A DNA stretch of 64,000 nucleotides from Candidatus Aenigmatarchaeota archaeon (GTDB lineage Archaea > Aenigmatarchaeota > Aenigmatarchaeia > GW2011-AR5), in contig JACPJW010000001.1 of the NCBI GenBank assembly GCA_016187335.1, positions 448,001 to 512,000 on the forward strand. Reading direction: 5' to 3'. Both the position numbers and the translations under genes were made by a program. Below the pieces are notes generated by a model that was not told the origin of the DNA, did not search any database, and saw only the letters and a program-made list of their open reading frames with translations. Within the stretch, counting starts at the first letter, position 1; the number at the start of each line of letters is the position of its first letter. Below, in pieces: positions 45,744-55,803 of this stretch.

Positions 45744-45845
45744 GCGCAACACATCCGCGGCAATCTTTTTATCCGAGAATACGTTGAAAACTGCTGTCTT
45801 CAGACAGCAGATGAAACACAACGTATTCTGGATAACATGCACATA

Positions 45846-45869
45846 AACCCACGACTTTAGTCGTGGGTT
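45846..45869. mobile_element. IS200/IS605-like terminal hairpin remnant
   Basis: Perfect inverted repeat AACCCACGAC-TTTA-GTCGTGGGTT, with no transposase nearby. Confidence 0.5.
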
Positions 45870-46048
45870 CATATTAAAGCATGTTATTTAGCTTTTTTGC
45901 GCTTCAATCTTTTCAGCTTCTCCTTGTATGTTCCCGGATTTCCCTCAAGCTTATAGACCTTGCAATCCTTCCCTGGCCGATTAAGCGTTCCATTGCTCTC
46001 CCTAAATTCTCACATCTTTTTAAACCCTCTACCTTGTTAATTATATTC

Positions 46049-46972
46049 ATGAAAAAGGCGGTTTGGATCTTCCTCGTGCTGGCTGCGGCAGCGCTTTTCG
46101 CTGTTCCTGCCTATGCCGTGTCCATAAGGGACTGGGAAGTGGAAGTATCCTTGGAGCAGGACAGCTCTGTCTGGACAGCCGTGCTACGGTACAAGGAGAA
46201 CATAACCAAGAGCGACTACTTTGTCCTCGGGAAAATGACTGACCTGGACGTCATAGCTGACGAGCTTCCCATAAAATGCACTGTCACCGAACGGGTCGGC
46301 ACGAGCATTGTCTGCGACAACATCAATGCCAGGAAAATGACCTATAAGTTCAGGCTGCTGCACTCGTCTGACACTTTCCGCAATCTTAACGTCTTCAGGT
46401 ACAGGCAGTCCGTGACGCAGATAACCGACAGGTTCTCTTTTCTTGTCAAACTGCCTTTAGGGGCCGCCCTGGCTGAAAACAGCAGCCTGGAAGGGACTTC
46501 TCTCCAGCGCTTTGAGCCTGGCTGGGGTCATGAGGGCTCTGACGGCCGCCGGATTTTCGTGGAATGGGTTGCCAACGACCCGCCTCTTGGCGAAACGTAT
46601 GATTTTTCCGTGGTTTACGAAAGCATCTTCCCCCAGGGAGGGCTGCCTTTTTCCCCTCTCGTCGGATTTTTGCTGATGGCCGCGGCTATAGCTGCCATTA
46701 TATTATATTCCCGCCGCTCGGATATGCGCGAAATCCTCCCTGTTCTTACGGAAGGCGAAAGGAAGCTTGTTGAGATATTGCTCAGGGAGAAGAAGGATGT
46801 TGACCAGCGCGTTGTTGTCAAGGAGCTGGATTACAGCAAGTCAAAGGTGTCCAGAATAGTCAAGAACCTCATAGACCGGGGGCTTCTTGAAAAAACGCCG
46901 AAGGGCAGGACCAACCTGCTGAGGCTCAAAAAACCCTCTAAAACAGCGGAAAAACACGAAAAATCACAATAG
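46049..46972 (+). CDS. Membrane-bound transcriptional regulator (extracellular domain, TM, C-terminal wHTH; COG2512-like)
   Basis: Signal peptide, a TM, then LTEGERKLVEIL...YSKSKVSRIVKNLIDRGLLEK. Confidence 0.8.
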   Translation: MKKAVWIFLVLAAAALFAVPAYAVSIRDWEVEVSLEQDSSVWTAVLRYKENITKSDYFVLGKMTDLDVIADELPIKCTVTERVGTSIVCDNINARKMTYKFRLLHSSDTFRNLNVFRYRQSVTQITDRFSFLVKLPLGAALAENSSLEGTSLQRFEPGWGHEGSDGRRIFVEWVANDPPLGETYDFSVVYESIFPQGGLPFSPLVGFLLMAAAIAAIILYSRRSDMREILPVLTEGERKLVEILLREKKDVDQRVVVKELDYSKSKVSRIVKNLIDRGLLEKTPKGRTNLLRLKKPSKTAEKHEKSQ

Positions 46973-47122
46973 AAAATTTACAGAAAAAATAAAGCTTTAT
47001 TTTTGTTAAAAAGAAAAAATATGGCGATTGAAACTTTTATAGAGTTGTTTCTTTGTGAATAAACTTTTTCTATCCAATATGAAATTGTGGTTAAGAGATA
47101 GTGAAACTGTTTCAAGTCAGTC

Positions 47123-47133
47123 TTATATATATA
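47123..47133 (+). promoter_or_regulatory. Putative TATA box of the S-layer gene
   Basis: TTATATATATA about 210 nt upstream of the ATG. Confidence 0.45.
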
Positions 47134-47344
47134 GCAGGTTCATAGATAGAGTATCAATACATCGCATAGCGGAGCAGATATCTCTATCCGTATCTACCTG
47201 ATTTCTGCTCCTCTTATGCTCAAACCGTAAGGTTTGGCCAAACCGAACTGTCAGGCAAATATAAGACATTGAAGGCGTTGGCATGCAGCGCCTGAAAGCC
47301 TTGTTTGCCTGGCTTGTACCAATTCAGGAAGGAGGTTGCAAATA

Positions 47345-50053
47345 ATGCAACTCAAAAAAATCGCTGCAGGTTCTTTGGGCCTTTTAATGGTAGGTTCATC
47401 GCTGGCCTTTGCAGCCTTGCAAGATCTCCCGGCGCCATTCGTCGGTTCTTCCGGCGTACAGAGCCTGATAGTAGTGGGTTCTGCCGCAGCTCCAAGTGAC
47501 GTTGTCGGTGCAATAGACATCGCAGCCCGCTGGGGAGGGGAAGTGACCACGGAAGTCTCGGTGCCAGGAGCAGCAGGCGTGCCAACAGTTAGTGGCGAGG
47601 GCAAGGCGCTATGGACAGACACTACAAAGGTCTTCCTGCAGGACAATCTAGGAAAAACTGGTCTAAGAACTACCCTGACAAAGGACGACTTGCCGACAAT
47701 CTTGGCAAGAAGCTCTTTTGACGATGCAGATGGAACGCACAAGTATAACCAGTTCATTGACCTGACACCTGTCGGAACAGCTGCGAACTACAGGATGGAT
47801 TACGACAAGCCTGGTTCCAGCTCTTCAGCCGACCCGACATACAACTTCGGGCGATTCACGACATCACCATCAGACACGGAATATCTGTACCGAACAAGAA
47901 TCGTCTTTGACGTCGGGGTCAACGGCTCCAAGGCAGTTGGCAAGATAATGAACATCTTCGGAGGCAAGTACACCATCGACTCCACTACAACAGCAAACTT
48001 TGCCGGCACGACATCTGACAAGGTCGTCTTGCTGGGAAGTTCTGATACCAAGACACTGTCTGGTGGTCAGACAATAACAACTACCATCAGCGGCAAGGAA
48101 TATACAATAAAACTGCTCGGCGTAACAAGCACTCCCGCAGCTTCAATTCAGGTAGGAGACACAACCGAGACGGTCACCAAACAGGCAACATCCACAAAAT
48201 TCGGCGACCTGAAGATCTACGTTGACGACGCAGCTCAGTTGTCCACGACGGACCAGACGCAGAACTTTGCTACTCTGCTGATAGGTGCTGACAGAATCAC
48301 ACTGCAGCATGGGGCAAAGGTCAAGAAAGGTACGTCTGACGACCCTGTCGACGGAACGTATGTCAACCTGACGGTAAGCAGCAGCTTGCTTAGCCAGATA
48401 ACAGTATGGGCAGGCGGTTCATCCTCAACAGCCGATTACATCGCGCTTGGTGGGGAGACCTACATGTCGCCCATCTGGAAGAACTTTGGCATAGGGTTCC
48501 CATCCACGTCACCGTCTGTTGGCGGCAGCCTGGACGACAAGGTTGACATCAGAAACTCTGGTGACAACAACATGCAGGTTGCGTTCACGGACTTCAACGG
48601 CAACTCAGGAACCGTGAACTGGGCTTACAAGGCAACAAGCGCTGGCACAACACTGAGCATTGCAGACAGCAGCGGTAACGTAATCCACGTCGCTGAAAAC
48701 GAGTCAGTAGCACGAGACGAATACATCGTCCTGGATGCAGGCGGCTTCCCTCACATGTTCAAGGTGTCCGGAGTGACCCTTGACGGAAGCACTTCGGCGT
48801 CCATAGACCTTCAGGATGTGTTCTCGGGCTCCACGACAAAGGTCACGACAGGAAACGACAACCGCGAAGGATTCGTAATTGACGGGCAAACGTACAACTT
48901 CGTGAACCTGACAAGTACGACATTCGCTGTCACATGGGGCACTTCAGCAGGCCTGGGAACATCCACGACATCAAGCGGTATCGTGGGTACATACCTGACA
49001 GTATTCCCGACGCTGAAGACAAAGAACGGCGCCAGAGTAGCTTTGACAAAGCCGTCACAGAGGGTCTACTACGCAAACCAGAACACCACCATACAACTGC
49101 CAACGGGTGCAATACTCCTGACAAACGCAAACGCTACAGTCCTCAACATAACAGCCGCATCACAGGAGGACGGAACTGCATCAGCTTGTGCGTCATCCCC
49201 TTGCGTGCTGAACTTTGACGAGACCGCTGCAACAAACACGACATTCACGCTAGGCAGAACAACGGCAGGCGGTGTTACTTACAACATCGTCCGTGACGTT
49301 GCAAACTCGGCCTTCAACATATCCATTGCAGACGGCGCTCAGTTAAACCAGCCTGCAATCATTGTCTGGGAAGAAAAAGATGACAACGGAAACCAGGCAG
49401 GCGTGATAGTTCAGTCACAGACAGGCGCATCCGGAAGCAACAACCTTGCAGGCGCAGGAACACCAAACTTCACTGCATCAGTAAGCGCGGGAGCGCAGTC
49501 ATGGGGAAGCAACTCGAACAAAGCGTCCAATGCAGACTACTGGGGTACAGTATCAACGCGTGATACAAGCACATCCGCGCAGCCGACTGTGACGCTCTGG
49601 TATCCAGACACACAGCGCTATGCGAATGTCTTCGTATTGGCGAAGGGTGCCACAGTGTCTTCAAGCGGAGTTTCAGGCACTGTCAAATCAGCCGTGCCGA
49701 TAAAGACACCGCTTGGTAAGCTGGACTCTGAGGTAACATCAGCTGACAAGTCAACAAAGAACCTAGTCCTCGTAGGTGGTCCTGTTGTCAACACACTTGT
49801 CGCGGAATTAGCAGCCGCAGGCAAGTCAAGAGACACCGCATGGTACCGCACACAGGGCGCAGGAACGGCGTTGATAGACTATGTAAGCGACGCATTTACC
49901 GCCGGCAAGGTGGCACTGGTCGTTGCAGGTCATTCAGCTGCTGACACGAGAACAGCTGCTTCATGGGTGCAGAACTTCGACGCGCACGCCAGCGATCTGA
50001 AGGGCATGAGAGTTGTCCTGAAGAACGGCGTGCTGCAGACATCCGCAGCCTAA
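47345..50053 (+). CDS. S-layer protein
   Basis: MQLKKIAAGSLGLLMVGSSL signal, VVGSAAAPSDVVGAIDIA N-terminal motif and NLVLVGGPVVNTLV C-terminal motif. Strongly biased codon use. Confidence 0.9.
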   Translation: MQLKKIAAGSLGLLMVGSSLAFAALQDLPAPFVGSSGVQSLIVVGSAAAPSDVVGAIDIAARWGGEVTTEVSVPGAAGVPTVSGEGKALWTDTTKVFLQDNLGKTGLRTTLTKDDLPTILARSSFDDADGTHKYNQFIDLTPVGTAANYRMDYDKPGSSSSADPTYNFGRFTTSPSDTEYLYRTRIVFDVGVNGSKAVGKIMNIFGGKYTIDSTTTANFAGTTSDKVVLLGSSDTKTLSGGQTITTTISGKEYTIKLLGVTSTPAASIQVGDTTETVTKQATSTKFGDLKIYVDDAAQLSTTDQTQNFATLLIGADRITLQHGAKVKKGTSDDPVDGTYVNLTVSSSLLSQITVWAGGSSSTADYIALGGETYMSPIWKNFGIGFPSTSPSVGGSLDDKVDIRNSGDNNMQVAFTDFNGNSGTVNWAYKATSAGTTLSIADSSGNVIHVAENESVARDEYIVLDAGGFPHMFKVSGVTLDGSTSASIDLQDVFSGSTTKVTTGNDNREGFVIDGQTYNFVNLTSTTFAVTWGTSAGLGTSTTSSGIVGTYLTVFPTLKTKNGARVALTKPSQRVYYANQNTTIQLPTGAILLTNANATVLNITAASQEDGTASACASSPCVLNFDETAATNTTFTLGRTTAGGVTYNIVRDVANSAFNISIADGAQLNQPAIIVWEEKDDNGNQAGVIVQSQTGASGSNNLAGAGTPNFTASVSAGAQSWGSNSNKASNADYWGTVSTRDTSTSAQPTVTLWYPDTQRYANVFVLAKGATVSSSGVSGTVKSAVPIKTPLGKLDSEVTSADKSTKNLVLVGGPVVNTLVAELAAAGKSRDTAWYRTQGAGTALIDYVSDAFTAGKVALVVAGHSAADTRTAASWVQNFDAHASDLKGMRVVLKNGVLQTSAA

Positions 50054-50077
50054 GTAGAAAACCGCTGATTTAAACCG

Positions 50078-50106
50078 TTTTTTCTTTTTTCTTTTTCTTT
50101 CATTTT
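50078..50106 (+). terminator. Oligo-T terminator after the S-layer gene
   Basis: Long T-rich run immediately downstream of the stop. Confidence 0.55.
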
Positions 50107-50180
50107 GCAAGAACTAGAGGGGAGAATGTTCTCTAAAGATTTTGCTAAAAATTCCTTTCTAAGAAAATTGCAGGAACAGA

Positions 50181-50579
50181 TCAGTCTTTATACAAAGTAG
50201 ACGGGAACAGTCCCGGTAAAATTATATCCCAAAAAGAGAGACCGCCTTCGGGTTGAGGATTGTCTGAAAGTAATTTCACCCCAACTTGAATGCCGTGGGA
50301 CTGTGTAATTTTGTCTGCCAATGCCGCCATTTTTGGAAGCTCGTCTTTTCCATGGACTTCCAGAAGGCACCCGCTGTCATATAATGGCCAGGACTGGCCT
50401 TCGGGGCATAAAGTTCCTACATACAAAGGCTTTTGCCTTCTAGGTAATCCTAAAAAGCCTCTGGTAGGTTCCCGTGGTTTTAGGATTCCGATACGGCCTG
50501 ATTCTGCATAACCCCAATCTGTAATCTGATAGCCTGCACTTCTAATATCAGTTTCCAGAGCGCGTCTTGCAACAACCAT
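50181..50579 (-). CDS. Hypothetical protein
   Basis: 132-aa ORF. Confidence 0.55.
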   Translation of the reverse strand: MVVARRALETDIRSAGYQITDWGYAESGRIGILKPREPTRGFLGLPRRQKPLYVGTLCPEGQSWPLYDSGCLLEVHGKDELPKMAALADKITQSHGIQVGVKLLSDNPQPEGGLSFWDIILPGLFPSTLYKD

Positions 50580-50691
50580 TTTCTCACTTGCTTATAAATT
50601 AAGCACGCTAACTTTTAAAAATCAATTTTTCCTTTTCCAGAAAGTCTGATGAAAAAATAGATATATCTTTTCACGTTTTCATCTTAGCAAA

Positions 50692-51234
50692 TTATTTCTT
50701 AACCGCCCTCAGCTTGAAGTAAACTGCTTCCGCGCCGCCGACCCAGTAGCACCAGAGCCGCTCGAAGCTCATCGGGAACCTGTTGGCAAGCCATTCTATG
50801 GGCATAAGAAAGAAATGCCACCTTGTCCTTGATTTATTGTGTGGATATTCCCTGCCTTCCACAAGGATCCTTGTTTCAATTGGTTCAAAAGTAAAGCCGT
50901 ATTCCTCCGGCTTGTGCGAGCGGAACGTGAAGTAAGAGCCGCCGCGCCTGTGCTGCAGGTGCGTCCATGCCTGGTGAGAGGAGAAGTGCGGCATCCATAC
51001 CTCGACAACAGCGCCGTTCCTGCATACCCTGTGGACCTCTTTCATCGCGTTGAAAGCGTCAACGTGCTCAAGGATTGAGCGCATGTAGACCTTTGTGAAA
51101 GTATTGTCCTTGAACGGTATGCCATGGTTGATGTCGCATATAACGTCGGCATCGCTGCTTTTGTCTACGTCAATACCCAGTGCGTTGCCCTTTCTGGTGC
51201 CGCAGCCCACCTCAAGCGTTTGGAATTTCATCAA
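50692..51234 (-). CDS. Class I SAM-dependent methyltransferase
   Basis: LEVGCG motif, PFKDNTF and LEHV...EVHRVCR. Confidence 0.88.
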   Translation of the reverse strand: MMKFQTLEVGCGTRKGNALGIDVDKSSDADVICDINHGIPFKDNTFTKVYMRSILEHVDAFNAMKEVHRVCRNGAVVEVWMPHFSSHQAWTHLQHRRGGSYFTFRSHKPEEYGFTFEPIETRILVEGREYPHNKSRTRWHFFLMPIEWLANRFPMSFERLWCYWVGGAEAVYFKLRAVKK

Positions 51235-51277
51235 TTATCTTCTGAACCAAGATTTTTAAAGCGGATTCATTCTTGCT

Positions 51278-54200
51278 CTATTTTCTTAGCAGTTTTGTTT
51301 TGCGCGAATAAAGGAAAGCGCCGCCGACAACGACAGCAGCGGCTGCAAAAACAATGGTAAAATCTGCTATATTATAAGGTTTTGCAGTGACCTGCCCTGT
51401 GGGCGCTGTTTGATTGGCAGTTTTATTTTCGTTTTCCTGGTGCGGTGCAGCGGAGGCATTCACTGTTTGATTGACAGCTGTACTGGTTGTGTTCAGGGTT
51501 TGTCCTGCCGTATTGTTTCTGGATGTGTTTGTCGCCGCAGGCGGCGGGCTGCCGCTGCTGCTTGATGACGATGATGAGGAAGACGATGACGAAGATGAAG
51601 GCTGCGAAGGCGGCGTGTAGGTGAAAGTCACGTTCGTCTGGTTTACGTTGCTGGATGTGTCGTTCGCATAAAGAACAAGCGTGTTGCTGCCTGACGAAGC
51701 CGTTATCGTTGTGTTTGCGCAGCTGTCCAAAGTTGTGTTGGAGCCCGAATTCAGCCTGTACCAGCATTTGTCAACAGCAGCATTGTCGCTGACCGTGTAT
51801 GTTAACGATACGTTAGATGACGAATAAGTCGTTGCAGCCGGCAATGTCATTGTCAAAGAAGGCGCTGCCGTGTCGTTCCCGCCGGCGCCGCCCGAGAACG
51901 ACGGCAGAAAGAGAGTAGAGCTGTTGGCTGACAAATTGTAGCACGGCTTGTTGGTAACGTTGGCGTTGCAGGCGTTTGATATTCTTGTCGTTGTGACATT
52001 GATGCTCGTGCCGTTCAGGTAGAAATAAAGCGCGTAAGCGCGCGGGAAAGTTATTTTTGCCGTGAAGTTATCTGCTGGCAGCATGTCATTAAGGTCAACC
52101 CATACGTAGCTGTCCAATGCGCCACCAGAGTTGATGAACGCCCTTGATATATTCTGCTCTGATGTTATGTTTTTTGTCATGTTTATTGCCGCAGAAGAAT
52201 TGAGATTTCCTACAATGAAATCAGAGGTTTCTACCAGAATATTTGATATGTTGAACCGCAAGGTATAGTTATCAAATGAGGTGAGATTGTCGCTGTCAGC
52301 AAGTCCGCCTGTTGAATTGAGGAGCAGCAGCGTTATGTTCAGTCCTGACAAGCTTTGGTTAAGGCTCTTTATCACGGAAGTTATGTTTCTTGTCACGTTA
52401 ACGAAGACCCACCGCGCTTCCGTTGAATTCATATTGCCGAAGGAATCTGTGGCATTGACCCTGAAAGTATAGTTTCCTTCAGCCAGCTTTGTTTTCACCT
52501 TGAACCAGCTCAGCCCCGAGCCGTTCATTGATTCATTCACACCGTTCCATTCCAAGAATATTGAAGAAGGCACGTCGCTTGTCGTGACATTTACAGTAAA
52601 GGAATTGCTTGTGTTCAGGAAAAAATTAACTGGATTTTCAAAGGACATCTCCACGAATGCTACGTCGACGGTCACTGTTCGCGTGAGGTTCGTGGCATTT
52701 ATATTGCCTGCCTTGTCGGTCATCTGGATTTCTATTTTGTAAATGCCATCCGAAGGCACTCCCGTGCAGTACGTAGATGTGCAGGATCCATTCCATGTTT
52801 TAAGAATTGACAATGTGTTCTTCACTGTCTGGAAAGTCTTCACCCTGCTGCCGTTCTGCGCAAGAATGTACGTCGTGCTGAAATTGACAACTTCGTTAGC
52901 AGTCACATTGAAGCTTATTTCATCATAAAAGCCGTCGTTGTTCGGCGAGAAAATATTTCCCCTTGCGCCGCTGAAGCTGACATTAGCCTGCGGCACTGTC
53001 ATGTCAAAAGTTACATTTTTTTCAGTGAACGCGCTGTTTGACGCGGAATCGTTCACGTATATTTTGTATGAATGAAAGCCTTCCGAAGAGGACTTGTTGA
53101 TGAAGCAGTTAGCAGCAGAAGAGTTCATCGTCTCATTTGTTCCGTCCCATTCTAAAAAGCACCGGAACGGATTCGTTTCGTTCACTGTAACGTTAACAAA
53201 AGTGTAGTTTCTGTTCAAGAAGCGTCCGTTGTCATCGCTTATGTTTGTTATCGCAGGAAATATAGTGTCCACAAAGAACCTGATGGAGGAAAACGATGAT
53301 AATCCGTTGTCATCGATACAGGTCACGTTTACTTCATTAGAACCTTCAGGCAATACCTCATTAATGAATCCATAAGCCGAATCGAAATTATACGTGAAAT
53401 TTATTTTCAGGTTGTTCATATTGTACGTGCATTCCTGGGATGTCTGTACCCTCCTGTTGAGCAATACTTTATGTATTATGAGACTGGATTCGTTAAGATA
53501 AGTCCCGTTAGTTATGTTCGTTATATTTATTTTCGTCGCGGCGTTTGCCAGTTGATTTAGTATTTTATTATTCGATGTTACCGAGTAGCTGAGTGTCTGG
53601 TTCGGAATTATTTTCAAGATCCATAAGCCGGTCCCGCCGGAAAGGGAAAAATTAAGCCGCGTCCTGTTTTCCGGCAATACAGAAACTAACGACGAATAAT
53701 TGTAGAGCAAGGCGTTCACCGTCGCATTTCCAGTCCAGTCAATGCTGATTTCTATCGTCGTGTTCGTTACATTCAGTTCATGATACGTTGTTTCATTGAT
53801 TGAAGCGCTGAAGAGAAAGAGCTGGCCTGAAAGAGCAATGCTTGATGCCAAGGCGTATTTCTGCGTCCCGTTGACGTAAGTGCCATTCACAACCAGCTTC
53901 CAGTATCCTGATGACGGATTGGAAAAAATTATCTTTTCGTCCGTGTTGTTTATTGATAGCGAAGCGTTTCGCTGCGTGCCGGAGGGATCATAGAGCAGCA
54001 AATCCAGGTTGTTGTGCTCGCTGTAATTCTCCGGCCAGTAGAGGGTCGCGCGAAGCTCGCTGCTGCCGTCAGGCACGAAAATATTGTGCGCGCGGGAATA
54101 GTTGCCGATGATTGCTGACACGGTATAATTTATCTCACCGAGCAGCCGTGAGACATTTACAACGCCCGCCCCGTAGCTGTTGTTCTTCTCACGCCCGTCC

Positions 54201-55333
54201 GCCGTGTTCATCAGCAGTGCCTTGAACTCAGCCGGCGTAAGGTTGCCTCTCGCCTGCAATGCGAGCGCGGCAACGCCGGCTATGTGCGGCGCGGCCATGC
54301 TCGTGCCTCGCAGCGTAACAAAGCCGCCGTCGCTTGATGCGGAAGTTATCCACTCACCTGGTGCAATGATATCGGGCTTGATGCGGCCATCCCCTGTCGG
54401 GCCGCGGCTGCTGAACTCGCTTACGACATTTTTCTGTGTTCCGAGTGATCCGTTCTGCAGTTTGCCAGTCTGCCCGGAGCCCACAGTTATTGCCTTGTGC
54501 GACAGACCCGGGCTCTGTATGGACATAGCATCCGGACCTGCGTTTCCAGCGGAAACAGTAACGATTTTTTCCTGGTCCACGGCGTAATCCAAATACTGCG
54601 AAAGAGCATCGCTTCCGTCGTTATTGCCGTCAGCGCCGCCCAGGCTCAGCGTCAGCACATGCGCGCCCTGCGCTATGCACCAGTCAATACCTCTCATTAT
54701 GTCAGGATCAGGAGCGAACGAGTTTTCTGTTACGTTATCGACATTATAGAAAACTTTGGCATTGAGCAGTGACACACCCGGCGCGATCCCCCTGTAAGTA
54801 TTGTCGCCGCTTCCAACAATGCCCGCGACGTGTGTCCCGTGGCCAGTGCCGATATCATTCGTGCTGTTGCCGTCTTCATCATCCAGAACAAAATCTCTTT
54901 CTGCGACAATTCTGCCGGCGAGAGCAGGATGACTGCTGTTCATGCCCGTGTCAATGACGCACACCTTGACGCCGAAGCCGTTGTAGTATTGCCATATACC
55001 GCTTGCACCGATAAGCGGCGCAGAAACGTCAAGAAGCGGCCTGCTTTTTCTTTCAAGCCATACTTTTTTCACGCCTGCAGAATTTTCCAGGAAGGCGAAG
55101 TTAATTTTGCTTATGTTCGCGGCATAGAAGCCGCCGGTAAAATTTTCATATTCATGCGATACGGAAGCTATCAGCGGAAGCGCGGTTTCATCCGCCTTGA
55201 TGATGACCTTTACGTAATCAGTGCTCTGCCGGTAAACAGACGGCTCTATCTTGTCAGCGCTTGCAGCGGCGGCAATCAGCAGAACAGCAAAAATGAATAC
55301 AACAGGTCTCATTAACAAAAATAAGCAGGGCAC
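51278..55333 (-). CDS. Membrane-anchored S8 (subtilisin-like) serine protease
   Basis: Catalytic [11 protein letters not shown] and [11 protein letters not shown]-like and Ig-like domains, Ser-rich linker, C-terminal TM. Confidence 0.93.
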   Translation of the reverse strand: MPCLFLLMRPVVFIFAVLLIAAAASADKIEPSVYRQSTDYVKVIIKADETALPLIASVSHEYENFTGGFYAANISKINFAFLENSAGVKKVWLERKSRPLLDVSAPLIGASGIWQYYNGFGVKVCVIDTGMNSSHPALAGRIVAERDFVLDDEDGNSTNDIGTGHGTHVAGIVGSGDNTYRGIAPGVSLLNAKVFYNVDNVTENSFAPDPDIMRGIDWCIAQGAHVLTLSLGGADGNNDGSDALSQYLDYAVDQEKIVTVSAGNAGPDAMSIQSPGLSHKAITVGSGQTGKLQNGSLGTQKNVVSEFSSRGPTGDGRIKPDIIAPGEWITSASSDGGFVTLRGTSMAAPHIAGVAALALQARGNLTPAEFKALLMNTADGREKNNSYGAGVVNVSRLLGEINYTVSAIIGNYSRAHNIFVPDGSSELRATLYWPENYSEHNNLDLLLYDPSGTQRNASLSINNTDEKIIFSNPSSGYWKLVVNGTYVNGTQKYALASSIALSGQLFLFSASINETTYHELNVTNTTIEISIDWTGNATVNALLYNYSSLVSVLPENRTRLNFSLSGGTGLWILKIIPNQTLSYSVTSNNKILNQLANAATKINITNITNGTYLNESSLIIHKVLLNRRVQTSQECTYNMNNLKINFTYNFDSAYGFINEVLPEGSNEVNVTCIDDNGLSSFSSIRFFVDTIFPAITNISDDNGRFLNRNYTFVNVTVNETNPFRCFLEWDGTNETMNSSAANCFINKSSSEGFHSYKIYVNDSASNSAFTEKNVTFDMTVPQANVSFSGARGNIFSPNNDGFYDEISFNVTANEVVNFSTTYILAQNGSRVKTFQTVKNTLSILKTWNGSCTSTYCTGVPSDGIYKIEIQMTDKAGNINATNLTRTVTVDVAFVEMSFENPVNFFLNTSNSFTVNVTTSDVPSSIFLEWNGVNESMNGSGLSWFKVKTKLAEGNYTFRVNATDSFGNMNSTEARWVFVNVTRNITSVIKSLNQSLSGLNITLLLLNSTGGLADSDNLTSFDNYTLRFNISNILVETSDFIVGNLNSSAAINMTKNITSEQNISRAFINSGGALDSYVWVDLNDMLPADNFTAKITFPRAYALYFYLNGTSINVTTTRISNACNANVTNKPCYNLSANSSTLFLPSFSGGAGGNDTAAPSLTMTLPAATTYSSSNVSLTYTVSDNAAVDKCWYRLNSGSNTTLDSCANTTITASSGSNTLVLYANDTSSNVNQTNVTFTYTPPSQPSSSSSSSSSSSSSSSGSPPPAATNTSRNNTAGQTLNTTSTAVNQTVNASAAPHQENENKTANQTAPTGQVTAKPYNIADFTIVFAAAAVVVGGAFLYSRKTKLLRK

Positions 55334-55548
55334 AAGGATTTAACCAAAAAAGTGCGGCTTTGGAAGGAGGTTTTTTGTTAATAAGAGCGATAAGAATTCC
55401 TTTGAAGTTCTTTTTCCCATCAAGGATTTTTCTTTCAAGAAAAATGCTTGTGTCATACTTTTTCATACACTTTAGCATTACAAAGCCATTACCATTGCAA
55501 CTCCATAGTGATTAAATAGCGTCAATGTCGCCGCAATAAAGCTTAAAT

Positions 55549-55767
55549 ATGAATGTTACCAAAAGAATTTTGATGTCTGAAGGTAAGGGTGTGGAAAAGA
55601 AGATTATTACCATACTAAACCAGAGACTCCTTTCTACTTCTCAGATTGCGAAAAAACTGGACATGCGAAGAGAAGTCACTACAGGATATCTCGAAGCCCT
55701 CGTCCACCAAGGAAAAATCAGGAAAGATAAGGTGGGGCGCTCAAACGTTTACACTGTAAAGCACTGA
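55549..55767 (+). CDS. Small winged-HTH protein
   Basis: STSQIAKKLDM...YLEALV..GKI...KVGRSNVY. Confidence 0.8.
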   Translation: MNVTKRILMSEGKGVEKKIITILNQRLLSTSQIAKKLDMRREVTTGYLEALVHQGKIRKDKVGRSNVYTVKH

Positions 55768-55803
55768 ACAAATATATACGGGTAAAACCAATAGTTTAGA
55801 AGG

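Noticed and set aside
45744-45872. N-terminal extension of the 45306 ORF, and long extensions at 158, 14517, 27118 and 45881
   Set aside because: They overlap hairpins, promoters or upstream genes. The downstream ATGs give plausible N-termini.
51561-51612. GATGACGATGATGAG-type microsatellite-like run (similar runs near 9760-9830 and 62995-63050)
   Set aside because: These encode ordinary poly-Ser/Gly linkers of surface proteins.
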